In this document: positions 1 through 9,483 of the stretch, one piece after another | Position numbering within the stretch: position 1 is the first letter of the stretch | How the letters are laid out: every line of letters starts with the position of its first letter | Source: a virus | Reading direction: 5' to 3' (one strand) | IMG/VR virus record: IMGVR_UViG_3300042398_000969 | Coordinates: 1-64,000 of that record | DNA: 64,000 nt | Position numbers and translations under genes: made by a program | Notes under the pieces: model-generated | What the model was told of the DNA's origin: nothing | Seen by the model: the letters and a program-made list of their open reading frames with translations, nothing else | The model's database searches: none

Positions 1-415
1 CATCTATATACTGAAGTTGTGGTGTCCACACACCTTCTGATACAATTGTTGGGTTATTGTTTCTGTCGATCATAACCCACTCAACCTTAACAATACCCCA
101 TGGTTCAAATTGTTCTAACACATCTTGTAGAGTAAATGATTTGCAGCTATAGATATCGAACTGAGCCATCGCGGGCTCATGATGATCCCATATGTGTATT
201 GACGCGTGTGATGTGGCTAATGTAACAGTTCCAGTTAATCCCTCATTACCAGGAAAGTCTACATAAACACTGGTTGGGCCAGCAACAACTTCCATTTTAA
301 CTTTATGAACTAATTGGATAAACCAATCATTTAAAACGCTAACCTTTTTTGGTGGGTTATTAAGCCAAACTTTCATTAAAAGGTGTTGGTGATAAGGTAC
401 AAATTCTTCCTGCAT
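1..415 (-). CDS. speD: S-adenosylmethionine decarboxylase (SpeD)-like pyruvoyl enzyme, 3' end outside window; missed by ORF track
   Basis: Manual translation from ATG at 415: MQEEFVPYHQHLLMKVWL...EGLTGTVTLATSHASIHIWDHHEPAMAQFDIYSCKSF. Matches the AdoMetDC self-cleavage motif (xSHxSIHxW) and the downstream DxYSC motif. Confidence 0.8.
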   Translation of the reverse strand, partial: MQEEFVPYHQHLLMKVWLNNPPKKVSVLNDWFIQLVHKVKMEVVAGPTSVYVDFPGNEGLTGTVTLATSHASIHIWDHHEPAMAQFDIYSCKSFTLQDVLEQFEPWGIVKVEWVMIDRNNNPTIVSEGVWTPQLQYID

Positions 416-499
416 TAATATATTTTTTACTATACATATATATCATAAAATTGGATTTTTCTACGATATTTAAAATATATTTTATATTACTTATCTCAC

Positions 500-1180
500 T
501 TATTTTTTGTATTTTTTAAAGTTATCTATGAATGGTTTTTCATATTTCTTTAATTCTTTAGTATCTAAACCGTTATATAAACCAGTTGACATAAAGGCTT
601 GAATTTCATCATCAATTATTTTTTTGTCATCAATATACCCCATTTTGATAATCTTTTTTTTGAGCTTTTCATAATGAGATGGATTAATTTCAGAAATTAA
701 ATTGTCACAAATCTTTTTATATTCCTTATTTGTATAATATAATCCATGGGCGATTTCGTGATTCATTGTACTTGATTTAAAACTATCTGCACCAATCAAA
801 TACCATTTTTTTCTTGGTTCCTCAAATCTTAGTGGATAATTCTCACAATGATACCATATGTTACTCATTATCTCATCATATGGGCCCTTGTCTTTATCAA
901 AGACATTAATCGCTTTGTCAACAATGTTTGACGGTATATTAAACCCAGACCAATCTTCAGGATATGTAAACAAATCTTTGTTCCATCTCTTTTTATAAAT
1001 CATCATGAATTTTTCCCAGGTGAAAAAATGGCCTCTTATTTCTTTATATGGGGACTCATAAAATTCTTGATATCTACAAAACAACATTGTTCTTTGATAA
1101 TCATCTTTGATTGATACTGCGAATATTTGTGGTATAATTTGTTTTACTTCACCAACAACATATTCATTTTTAATTTTCAT
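500..1180 (-). CDS. hypothetical protein with HExxH motif (possible zincin-like metallopeptidase)
   Basis: 226-aa ORF with TMNHEIAHGLY and a downstream DEIQA. Confidence 0.45.
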   Translation of the reverse strand: MKIKNEYVVGEVKQIIPQIFAVSIKDDYQRTMLFCRYQEFYESPYKEIRGHFFTWEKFMMIYKKRWNKDLFTYPEDWSGFNIPSNIVDKAINVFDKDKGPYDEIMSNIWYHCENYPLRFEEPRKKWYLIGADSFKSSTMNHEIAHGLYYTNKEYKKICDNLISEINPSHYEKLKKKIIKMGYIDDKKIIDDEIQAFMSTGLYNGLDTKELKKYEKPFIDNFKKYKK

Positions 1181-1198
1181 ATAAAATGTTTAAAGATA

Positions 1199-1528
1199 TT
1201 ATAGAGAAAAACTTTCTCCACATCCACATGTGCGTGATGCGTTGGGGTTTACCCAATGAAACCCCTTTCCATTTAGACCGTCGGAAAATTGTAATTCCGT
1301 TCCGTATAAATAAAGAACAGATTTTTTATCAATTATAACACTCAGGGGTCCAAGATCAACAACCTCATCCATATCTGTAACCTGGGTATCAAAATCCATA
1401 ACATATGAAAGACCACTACATCCACCACCCTTAACACCAACCCTTAGTTTATGTGTATCTGGTGCTATCTGTTGTGAAGCCATTAACGTTACTAGATGAT
1501 TTAATGCGTTGTCACTTATTGTTATCAT
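1199..1528 (-). CDS. iscA: A-type Fe-S cluster carrier protein (IscA/HesB)
   Basis: LRVGVKGGGCSGLSY and C-terminal NPNASRTCGCGESF. Confidence 0.95.
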   Translation of the reverse strand: MITISDNALNHLVTLMASQQIAPDTHKLRVGVKGGGCSGLSYVMDFDTQVTDMDEVVDLGPLSVIIDKKSVLYLYGTELQFSDGLNGKGFHWVNPNASRTCGCGESFSL

Positions 1529-1713
1529 TATTTAATGCCAGATTTATTTAATAAACTATCTGTAGTTTTTTTATCTATTTTAATTTCACTATTGGTCTGA
1601 GTCTCTTTTCTTAATCTTGTTAACTCTTTTTGTTGGAAGTAACATATCAATAGCAAAGCCACAGCCCCACCCATTGTTATATTCTTTTGATTCTTTTTTA
1701 AAAATTCTATCAT
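1528..1713 (-). CDS. small membrane protein
   Basis: 61 aa, one hydrophobic segment, translationally coupled to iscA. Confidence 0.6.
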   Translation of the reverse strand: MIEFLKKNQKNITMGGAVALLLICYFQQKELTRLRKETQTNSEIKIDKKTTDSLLNKSGIK

Positions 1714-1720
1714 AATTAAT

Positions 1721-2131
1721 TTATATGTGTGTTTCTTCGAAGGTAATTTCTTCTAACCCCTGTTTTTTTCTGTAATCATTTATTGCAGATTTTATTGCAT
1801 CTTCCGCTAAAACTGAACAATGTATTTTAACTGGAGGTAAACTTAACTCCTCAACTAAATCCATATTATCAATTGTAATTGCCTCATCTAACGATTTACC
1901 TTTTAGCCATTCTGTGGCAACCGAAGATGATGCTATTGCTGATCCACAACCAAATGTTTTAAACTTAGCATCAATAATTATATTATCCACCACCTCAATT
2001 TGTAACCTCATTACATCTCCACATTCTGGTGCACCGACTAAGCCGGTACCAACATTTGATTTAGTTTTATCTAATGTTCCAATGTTTTTAGGGTTTTCGT
2101 AATGATCTATTACTTTTTGTGAATATGACAT
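1721..2131 (-). CDS. iscU: Fe-S cluster scaffold IscU
   Basis: GAPECGDVM, FKTFGCGSAIASSS, LPPVKIHCS (HscA-binding LPPVK) motifs. Confidence 0.97.
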   Translation of the reverse strand: MSYSQKVIDHYENPKNIGTLDKTKSNVGTGLVGAPECGDVMRLQIEVVDNIIIDAKFKTFGCGSAIASSSVATEWLKGKSLDEAITIDNMDLVEELSLPPVKIHCSVLAEDAIKSAINDYRKKQGLEEITFEETHI

Positions 2132-2151
2132 ATTTGTTTATATGATAAATA

Positions 2152-2397
2152 TCAGTTTATTAGTTCATCCGTATTGATATTATGGTCATTTAATATTTCG
2201 TGTATCTTTTCATATACCAACTCCAAAGCGTCATATTTGTCGATTTCTTTACCCTCCATCGACCATTCTAGCCCTTTTTTGGTGTTATGTACAATATCCC
2301 ATAGAGCTAATGCCAAATCTAAAGACTTGACCGCTCTTAGATGTGCTAATACATCATCTGGTTCGTTTAAATCATATTCTAACGTCGCTTTCGCCAT
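2152..2397 (-). CDS. hypothetical phage protein
   Basis: 81-aa ORF in co-oriented gene run. Confidence 0.65.
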   Translation of the reverse strand: MAKATLEYDLNEPDDVLAHLRAVKSLDLALALWDIVHNTKKGLEWSMEGKEIDKYDALELVYEKIHEILNDHNINTDELIN

Positions 2398-2519
2398 AAG
2401 TCACTTAGTTTTTTACCTGGTTTAGTTATTCTACCACTATTATCCACCATGGGTGCTCGGTATATTTCAAATGCAATCCATAAACCAGACACGATCATAA
2501 ACAATGCTATAAATTTCAT
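2379..2519 (-). CDS. small membrane protein (46 aa), missed by ORF track
   Basis: MKFIALFMIVSGLWIAFEIYRAPMVDNSGRITKPGKKLSDLWRKRR; fills the gap in the gene run. Confidence 0.6.
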   Translation of the reverse strand: MKFIALFMIVSGLWIAFEIYRAPMVDNSGRITKPGKKLSDLWRKRR

Positions 2520-2523
2520 GATT

Positions 2524-2829
2524 TTAGTTTTTAAGTTGTTCAATATATTTTGATTTCCAAAACTCCCACCACTTTCTTTTAACTATTGGCTTACATTCTG
2601 AGAATGGATTATCACCAAATGATGCTCTATTTAAATATTTAGATGATAAAACATTAAAGAAAATCTCGTGATATTTTGGATCTATTGTTGCAAAATCAGC
2701 AACAACATCGGTGTTTAATGTTACTGGGCCATCTGGTGTATATATTGTAAACTGTTCGGTTAATTTAACGATTGAACTAGTTTTCATATTAATATATGAA
2801 CCATTACCTATATGAAAATCTGTACTCAT
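2524..2829 (-). CDS. hypothetical protein
   Basis: 101-aa ORF with KRKWWEFWK motif. Confidence 0.65.
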   Translation of the reverse strand: MSTDFHIGNGSYINMKTSSIVKLTEQFTIYTPDGPVTLNTDVVADFATIDPKYHEIFFNVLSSKYLNRASFGDNPFSECKPIVKRKWWEFWKSKYIEQLKN

Positions 2830-3132
2830 TTACTCTGTTTGTGTTGTTAATATTAATTCAAATTCATCAGCCGCTTTTTTGTTTTGTTCTTTAAGGATTT
2901 CAAGTGCGGTTTCATAACGACCAACCTCAGTGAATCTAATAAATAATTCATCTCGTAAACTGTCTCGTTCGTTAATAATTTGTGCTTTTTCAATATCACC
3001 TCCTTGCAAAAAAACATTACCGGATTTATATTTCTGTAATTCGTCATGCTGTTGAAAGAAAAAAAATGTCAAAATCACCAAAGATAATAGTGACATAACA
3101 ATCGCTGTTCTTAATCTTGTTTCTAAACTCAT
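2830..3132 (-). CDS. hypothetical membrane-anchored coiled-coil protein
   Basis: N-terminal TM segment followed by helical region. Confidence 0.65.
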   Translation of the reverse strand: MSLETRLRTAIVMSLLSLVILTFFFFQQHDELQKYKSGNVFLQGGDIEKAQIINERDSLRDELFIRFTEVGRYETALEILKEQNKKAADEFELILTTQTE

Positions 3133-3431
3133 AAATCTAGATTTTTAATATCACATAATGTTTTTTCAACTTCTTGTTCTGATAGGTAACCAAGTACATC
3201 ATCAGTAATTGGTGTATCATAAGTTATTTGGCCGTCTTTACCAAAGACAGCTAACTCATATAAACCTTTATCTCCACCATATGTGTGTGGCCCCTGAACA
3301 ATACTAGCCCCATAGCCATTTGAGAATTGTACTATACATTGTTTTCCGATCCCCATTGGATGTTCTTGGAAGTTCAACTCTTGAAAGGCTGTTGCTTCGA
3401 AGTTGTTTGTTGGTCTTGTTGTTGCGTTCAT
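3129..3431 (-). CDS. conserved hypothetical phage protein
   Basis: FSNGYGASIV...YGGDKGLYELAV...TPITDDVLGYL pattern typical of phage hypothetical proteins. Confidence 0.7.
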   Translation of the reverse strand: MNATTRPTNNFEATAFQELNFQEHPMGIGKQCIVQFSNGYGASIVQGPHTYGGDKGLYELAVFGKDGQITYDTPITDDVLGYLSEQEVEKTLCDIKNLDL

Positions 3432-3476
3432 CTTTTAATTTTTGTGCGAATGCTCGCGTTAAATAAAAATTCATGT

Positions 3477-3641
3477 TTAAAATATTTCTTCAGCAATCCC
3501 TAATACTTCAGCTAATCCGAAAAGTATTGCAGAATTACCAAATTGTTCATTAAATAAGAAATAGCATGCTGCAAATCTTAATCCACTTTTGAATAAACTT
3601 ATCCAAAAATGTGTATTTGTTTTACTTTCTTTTTGTTGCAT
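3477..3641 (-). CDS. small membrane protein (54 aa), missed by ORF track
   Basis: MQQKESKTNTHFWISLFKSGLRFAACYFLFNEQFGNSAILFGLAEVLGIAEEIF. Confidence 0.65.
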   Translation of the reverse strand: MQQKESKTNTHFWISLFKSGLRFAACYFLFNEQFGNSAILFGLAEVLGIAEEIF

Positions 3642-3654
3642 GTGTTTAATATAA

Positions 3655-3771
3655 CTAAAAGTTTTGAATTAAAAAAATACCAAACAATATTACTATTATA
3701 CCAATTAAGGAGTAATAGGTGGCATCTTCTGAAAATTTAATTTGATCTGGTCGTTTACCTTGATTTTCCAT
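3655..3771 (-). CDS. small membrane protein (38 aa), missed by ORF track
   Basis: MENQGKRPDQIKFSEDATYYSLIGIIVILFGIFLIQNF. Confidence 0.55.
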   Translation of the reverse strand: MENQGKRPDQIKFSEDATYYSLIGIIVILFGIFLIQNF

Positions 3772-3854
3772 GTTATTTTGTTTAGACCGCTAAATTAAAA
3801 ATCTTTTTTTAGAATAACAAGAATTTTTTTTTAATTAATATAAGTCATTAATAA

Positions 3855-5240
3855 TCAATGAGTTATGATATCATATTTCTCTCTTTCAGGACTTATTGTT
3901 GAATATTTTGACATTTTTGCGTTTAAAATATCAATAGCTTGGTTAAACTCTTTGGGTACGTTTGTGTTTGCTTTACCTTTATGTTGATTTAACATTCCTC
4001 TTCTGTATTGTAAGTTAACTCTTTTTTTGTTTAAAGACACCGCAATGTGAATATATAACAAACCAACGTTAAACTGTTTAGCCATACAGTTTTTCATTAT
4101 CATACCTTCTAACTTAAATTGATCTTCACTTAATATAATGGTTGGCTTAAACACATCGCCATCAATAACAATATCAGTCTGGATCTCATCAACCATTTCT
4201 TGTGGGATTGAGTATCTTAACTTATAACCTAACTTAAAATGTTTCTTATGTAGATCCCAGGTATCTTTTAATGTAATTAACTGATGTGATGAATTTGATT
4301 TAAGTTTAACTTCTAGACCATTCTCTCTTAAGAATGCTTTCAATGTATAAAGATCAAAAATAGTATTTAAGATACCGTCATGAACATAGGCATCAATCTC
4401 TGAATATGTTTTAAGTGACTTGGTGATAGCTTTCTTTTCTGGATCATTCTCACATACAAAAAGCTTGTTAGATTTAATATACTCCATGCAAATGCTTTGC
4501 CACTCAAACTCTCTAAAGTAATCAACATAGTTTTCACCAAACAACGAACACAGAAACCTTAACGACTTAAGATTGATTTTATTTTTACCTTCTCTTACTG
4601 ACAAAGCACCAACCATGTATTTTGTTTTTATACCATATTGATCTAAGACAGCGGGTAAGAACTTATTATCATTTAACTTTAACCATTTCTTTTTTGGATA
4701 CGCTTCGCAGATATGCCAGTACACATTATCATGGCCCTTTATTCCCTTTTTATCCAAATGATAATCAACTAACATATCATATAAAGGATTAACCGATTGA
4801 TCCTTCTCGTAATCCTTACCTGTTAAATCTATACCTAATTCTTTAACAATTATTTTATGAAATTGAGAGAGTGCTCTTTTGTATTTAACACCCCAAAAAT
4901 TATATCTCTTCTCTCCAGCATAGTAACCTCGTTGTGTTAACTCGATTAACATCTCGAAGTTATTCTTCTTTACCTTAGCAACGTTTTGATGTAGTTTATA
5001 TGTGTTCTCTTTCTTATTAATTAATCTGTATCCAACACTAAAGTCACCAGTCTTTTTATTTATTGTTAAAGCGTGTTCATAGGTCAAATAGTTCATTCTA
5101 CCCATCCTAATGTATTCAACATAAAATTCAGACGTGAACATTAAAAACTCATTATCACCAGCCAATTTTAACTTGGCGTCACTCCTTAAAGGTTTATTCC
5201 TCTCGTATTTTTCTTGCTCATAAAAATGCAAAATTTCCAT
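3855..5240 (-). CDS. PcfJ-like domain protein
   Basis: C-terminal EGMIMKNCM motif (PcfJ-type EG..M.HC); paralogous to neighbour (YPKKKWLKLNDNK vs YPTKPFLKKNENK). Confidence 0.6.
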   Translation of the reverse strand: MEILHFYEQEKYERNKPLRSDAKLKLAGDNEFLMFTSEFYVEYIRMGRMNYLTYEHALTINKKTGDFSVGYRLINKKENTYKLHQNVAKVKKNNFEMLIELTQRGYYAGEKRYNFWGVKYKRALSQFHKIIVKELGIDLTGKDYEKDQSVNPLYDMLVDYHLDKKGIKGHDNVYWHICEAYPKKKWLKLNDNKFLPAVLDQYGIKTKYMVGALSVREGKNKINLKSLRFLCSLFGENYVDYFREFEWQSICMEYIKSNKLFVCENDPEKKAITKSLKTYSEIDAYVHDGILNTIFDLYTLKAFLRENGLEVKLKSNSSHQLITLKDTWDLHKKHFKLGYKLRYSIPQEMVDEIQTDIVIDGDVFKPTIILSEDQFKLEGMIMKNCMAKQFNVGLLYIHIAVSLNKKRVNLQYRRGMLNQHKGKANTNVPKEFNQAIDILNAKMSKYSTISPEREKYDIITH

Positions 5241-5292
5241 CTATAAAAAAGTTTTACCTAAAATATAGATGGAAATATTAAAATTCTAAACC

Positions 5293-7143
5293 CTAAAAAT
5301 CGTTTCTATCAAATAGTAAATTGTAAATAGAATCCTCGGTTCTTTGTTCTATTTGAATTGTTCTACCATTTATAATCAATGGTATCTTTTCCTTACTAAT
5401 TGATTTAATCGAACCCTTATATGTTTTAACTCTTTCTTTTAAAACATCCAAAGATTCTCCAAACCTTTCAGGTGGCGGTGCGTTACAAAAGTATTTTGAT
5501 TGTACTATTTCTTTATTGGTATCAAACTCACAGGTAACCCTTTCGTATGCTTCTGTTGATTCTTCTCTTAACGAAATAATTATTGAGTTTTCTCTGTCAG
5601 CATATGTCGCTACGCAGTGATGCATATGTGCACCCTCTTCGGTATATTCGGCGTCTATCTTTAATATAACTGGATAGTATGTTATATCATCAGAAACAAT
5701 TGGTTCTTCAATTGTTTTAACTAATCGATCTTCAAATTTATATTCAATACTATACCCTTTCTTTATGGATCTTTCAATCTTAGAAAATTCAATATGTTCT
5801 TTATGAAAATCTTTAAGACTATGGCATCTTATTTCCATATCCGGAATGTGTCTCCGTATTCTGGTGATTAAATCAAGATGGTCATTAAATTGACGAATCT
5901 GACCTTTAATTTCTGACTCCGTTATGGTATCATAATTAAAAAATTCGTTCATCATTTTTAATAATAAAGACCGTTCAGAATCTTTAATATCATATTCAAA
6001 TCTTTCATTAAGAACAGAGTACATCGATTCGATATGTGCTTGTTCATCGAATAACTTCCAATCATTACCAAAATATTGTGGTGAAAGATTGTGTATATAT
6101 TTGTGTACGTTACTGTAACCAAAATACTTACCAAGTAGTGTTAGCTTGGAAATATCAACCTTAGGATTTTTATGGACTAATTTAATTATTGATTTAGATT
6201 TAAGCCCAATCCTATCTAAAACAGAAACTATTAATTTATTCTCATTCTTTTTAAGGAATGGTTTAGTTGGGTACCAGTTTAACATAAGATCACTATAATC
6301 ATTTGGTACTTTGATATTGTTTACTTTAATAAACAACCGCATAAACCCATTGTACGCAAAATCGACAATACCTTTTTCATCATTAGGGTAAGCGGATCTA
6401 AACTCTGGTGATTTAGATGAAATAACATGAAACAATGTTTTGTTAAACTCCTCATCATCAAATGCTTCTAGATATTTTTTATTAATTGCATGGCTTTGTT
6501 TTGATTTATCAATAATAAAATGACCAACACAATCTCTAGTTTTTTTCAAGAAGGTGGTTAAAACCTCACCCAAAAATTTAAAACTGTTTTGTCTGATTTT
6601 AATGAGTTTTTTTTCTCCCTGATAAATGATAATGTTACCAGTTTTTATATTCATACTTACACCCATTGAATATGTGTGCTTTTTAAAATACTTACAGTTA
6701 ACTGCTCGTGTTTTTTCAAAACGAGTAAATCTAATGGAAAGCTTATCATCAGACATGTTGATTGTTCTTTCATATAACACGGTTCTTACTGTGCTAAAGG
6801 GATTACCAAAATGTCTTTTTAAATGCTTCTCATCCTGTGTATAAAATGAACCAAAAGGAACTATTCTTACCTTTTCATCAGATAAGTTTTCGTCACAATA
6901 AAAATATTTGGTGTTCTTTTTTTTGGCTTCCTTCTTATTAGAAAGAAAAAGCATGTGAGATTCTTTCATATCCACCACACTACCCAATTCCTCTAAAAAA
7001 AGACTAATTTTATCGATACCAGTGGTTTCTAGTTCAATACCAGAAGCCTTTTTTTGTACCGGTTTTGAGGAAATTAACGAATAGTTTCTGTAAGGTGTTA
7101 TCTCAAAAAAATTGAACCTTTGTGTTAAAATGTTATTTACCAT
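5293..7143 (-). CDS. PcfJ-like domain protein
   Basis: EEGAHMHHCVATY motif; start reassigned to ATG 7143, downstream of a TATATTTG promoter element. Confidence 0.7.
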   Translation of the reverse strand: MVNNILTQRFNFFEITPYRNYSLISSKPVQKKASGIELETTGIDKISLFLEELGSVVDMKESHMLFLSNKKEAKKKNTKYFYCDENLSDEKVRIVPFGSFYTQDEKHLKRHFGNPFSTVRTVLYERTINMSDDKLSIRFTRFEKTRAVNCKYFKKHTYSMGVSMNIKTGNIIIYQGEKKLIKIRQNSFKFLGEVLTTFLKKTRDCVGHFIIDKSKQSHAINKKYLEAFDDEEFNKTLFHVISSKSPEFRSAYPNDEKGIVDFAYNGFMRLFIKVNNIKVPNDYSDLMLNWYPTKPFLKKNENKLIVSVLDRIGLKSKSIIKLVHKNPKVDISKLTLLGKYFGYSNVHKYIHNLSPQYFGNDWKLFDEQAHIESMYSVLNERFEYDIKDSERSLLLKMMNEFFNYDTITESEIKGQIRQFNDHLDLITRIRRHIPDMEIRCHSLKDFHKEHIEFSKIERSIKKGYSIEYKFEDRLVKTIEEPIVSDDITYYPVILKIDAEYTEEGAHMHHCVATYADRENSIIISLREESTEAYERVTCEFDTNKEIVQSKYFCNAPPPERFGESLDVLKERVKTYKGSIKSISKEKIPLIINGRTIQIEQRTEDSIYNLLFDRNDF

Positions 7144-7213
7144 GTCCTTTTTTTTAATATCAACAAATATATAATAATTTTTTGGATAATTATAAAAAAT
7201 AAAGAATAATTTT

Positions 7214-7342
7214 ATGGCAAAAGCAAAAGGAAGTTCTTCAGCGATGAAGATATCCTTTGGTAAGAAGAGTAGGGGCAAAGCTCGCAAGTCTTATGGACCA
7301 AAGGACCAGAAACCAAAGAAATACAAGGGCCAGGGCCGCTAA
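7214..7342 (+). CDS. small highly basic protein (42 aa) ending KKYKGQGR, missed by ORF track
   Basis: MAKAKGSSSAMKISFGKKSRGKARKSYGPKDQKPKKYKGQGR; stop overlaps the convergent NlpC/P60 stop. Confidence 0.75.
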   Translation: MAKAKGSSSAMKISFGKKSRGKARKSYGPKDQKPKKYKGQGR

Positions 7343-7830
7343 TTTAAACGACCAGCACCTTTGTATGAACGAAGATAACGGGGCTCAGATAAGCTACTTA
7401 TTTTAACCCCTTCTTCTTTATTTGCAGCGTGTGCAAATGTACCATCACCCAAATATAAACCACAATGCCAACCACTTGGACTTTGTTTGTTATTAAAGAA
7501 TACTATATCACCAACTTGTAAGCTATCCTTTTTAATCCTTTTGGTCTGTTTCCATTGCTCAGAACAGTTATTCCCTAGCTTTAATCCATAGACCTCCCAA
7601 TATAATTTCTTAGTGAATTGGGAACAATCAATCCCTCTTTTAGTGTTACCGCCTAGTTTATACTTAACACCATACCAACGCATTACAAATGTGGATAAGG
7701 GTGTTAGTTGTGGTGGATTGTTTTCAGCATGTTTAACATAGTCAGCAAATTGATTTTGGCTAAACGCCGATATTGTCAATAGCAATAATAATATTACTAA
7801 TAAAATTGTTTCTTTTACTCTTTCTTTCAT
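7339..7830 (-). CDS. NlpC/P60 (C40) peptidoglycan endopeptidase with N-terminal signal/TM segment
   Basis: YKLGG..RGIDCSQF, GDIVFF, WHCGLYLGDGTFAHA (Cys-His-His triad). Confidence 0.92.
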   Translation of the reverse strand: MKERVKETILLVILLLLLTISAFSQNQFADYVKHAENNPPQLTPLSTFVMRWYGVKYKLGGNTKRGIDCSQFTKKLYWEVYGLKLGNNCSEQWKQTKRIKKDSLQVGDIVFFNNKQSPSGWHCGLYLGDGTFAHAANKEEGVKISSLSEPRYLRSYKGAGRLN

Positions 7831-7833
7831 GAT

Positions 7834-8928
7834 TTAGTTACTTAATGGTGCTTTTATTGCTGGATGTGATTGATAGTTTTCTAATATCACGTCCTTGTCT
7901 CCAAATGAAAATATACCATCCATAACATGTACAGTTGGTAAATCAAATGGTTCTCTTTTTATTTGTTCTTTGGCTTGTTCAAGATGATTTGAATAAAGAT
8001 GTACATCACCTAAGTTACCTATCAATTCATCGGGTACCATATTCATTTCGTCAGCTATCATTGTTAACAATAAACCATATGATGCAATGTTGAATGGTAA
8101 CCCTAAGAATGTATCTACAGATCTTTGATTCCACATTAATGAGATTGCTCTTTTAGGTATATTATATACTTGTAGTTCTTCACTCAATCCTCCACCAAAT
8201 GGAACAATGTCATCAACCATCAATTGAAACTTTTCATCGCCTACTTTCTTCTTTAACAAATCCCACATCTCTTCACCTGTTAACTTCCTTGTATAAACTT
8301 GAAACCCATAATGACATGGAGGAAGTACCATATGGTCTAACTGGCCTACATTCCAAGCAGACACCATTAATCTTCTACTGTCTGGATTTGTTTTTAGTTC
8401 ATCAATTAAGTTTTGAATTTGATCAATCTTTTCACCAACCTTTAACCAATTTCTCCACTGAGCACCGTATATCGGTCCTAATTCTCCCCATCGTTCAGCA
8501 AACTCATCATCAATTTTAATTAGGTTAATAAATTCTTCTTGTGTTAATGGTTCTAGATCGTCTGGATTACTAAACCATTTTTCAATGTGAGGTTGCATCC
8601 CTATAATATCACCACATTTGTAACCATCAATAACACCCTCAATTGTTTTACTGTAATTTTTGTATGCGTCGCCATCCCAAATGTGACATCCATTCATCAC
8701 AAGGTATTTGATGTTAGTGCTACCACTTAGAAACCAAATCAATTCAGTCACCATTGTCTTCCAAGCCATCTTCTTTGTTGTAAGTAATGGAAACCCTTGT
8801 GACATCTTATGACGAATTTGTCTACCAAATACTGAAATAGTACCAGTACCGGTTCTATCTGTTTTAACAATACCGTTATCTAAAATGTCCTGTAGTAGAT
8901 CTTGATATTTGGAATCTAATGTATTCAT
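7834..8928 (-). CDS. thyA: thymidylate synthase with two insertions
   Basis: DRTGTGT, FPLLTTKK, LPPCH catalytic Cys, QRSVDTFLGLPFNIASY, GDVHLYSNH. Confidence 0.97.
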   Translation of the reverse strand: MNTLDSKYQDLLQDILDNGIVKTDRTGTGTISVFGRQIRHKMSQGFPLLTTKKMAWKTMVTELIWFLSGSTNIKYLVMNGCHIWDGDAYKNYSKTIEGVIDGYKCGDIIGMQPHIEKWFSNPDDLEPLTQEEFINLIKIDDEFAERWGELGPIYGAQWRNWLKVGEKIDQIQNLIDELKTNPDSRRLMVSAWNVGQLDHMVLPPCHYGFQVYTRKLTGEEMWDLLKKKVGDEKFQLMVDDIVPFGGGLSEELQVYNIPKRAISLMWNQRSVDTFLGLPFNIASYGLLLTMIADEMNMVPDELIGNLGDVHLYSNHLEQAKEQIKREPFDLPTVHVMDGIFSFGDKDVILENYQSHPAIKAPLSN

Positions 8929-8930
8929 GT

Positions 8931-9302
8931 TTACCACTTTTCTATTTGTAATCTTTTTATGTTCTCTCTTTCAATTTCATGACTATAGTATTCTCTATGT
9001 GAAAGAATTCTATGAAAATCTTTATACGCTTTTAGATGATAATTTTTTAGATGGTCTAAACCATACTCATATTCAAATAAGATACCTTCATATCTTCTTT
9101 CTTTATAATCCCAACCATCTTGTTCATTCTTTAAGTCAATCTCAAGATCTGTAATTACCTTTATTAAAGAATCTTCTTTGCATGTTGTTTGCGAAGAAGC
9201 TACAGGGACCTCGCGTTCATTATAATTTTTGGTGAGTCCTATTGATAATAAAACTATAATACCAACCAAAAGTATTAATAGTACATTGTTTCTGTTTTCC
9301 AT
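8931..9302 (-). CDS. hypothetical membrane-anchored protein
   Basis: N-terminal TM; probable start MENRNN. Confidence 0.6.
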   Translation of the reverse strand: MENRNNVLLILLVGIIVLLSIGLTKNYNEREVPVASSQTTCKEDSLIKVITDLEIDLKNEQDGWDYKERRYEGILFEYEYGLDHLKNYHLKAYKDFHRILSHREYYSHEIERENIKRLQIEKW

Positions 9303-9303
9303 A

Positions 9304-9483
9304 TTAATATCCTTCTTGTATTTGAAATCCAACCATATATGTTAACCATCTAACAGTTAACCCCCAAGATGGTGTGTATACGCCAGTCTCAAGAAACGTT
9401 TCTTTATTATAAAAGAAAACAATTGTTGGTAATATAAACCAATGATGCTTCTTGTTATAAACAAAAAAATCTTTAAGATACAT
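9304..9483 (-). CDS. small hypothetical protein
   Basis: Probable start MYLKDFF; part of co-oriented run. Confidence 0.55.
   Translation of the reverse strand: MYLKDFFVYNKKHHWFILPTIVFFYNKETFLETGVYTPSWGLTVRWLTYMVGFQIQEGY

Noticed and set aside
7144-7287. N-terminal extension of the 664-aa ORF
   Set aside because: It is the antisense of the basic 7214..7342 gene and spans a promoter element; ATG 7143 is the better start
7834-8928. Intein/intron or dCMP/dUMP hydroxymethylase in the long thyA
   Set aside because: Insertions are short, in frame and lack intein C...HN ends; the dUMP-specifying Asn (PFNIASY) is retained
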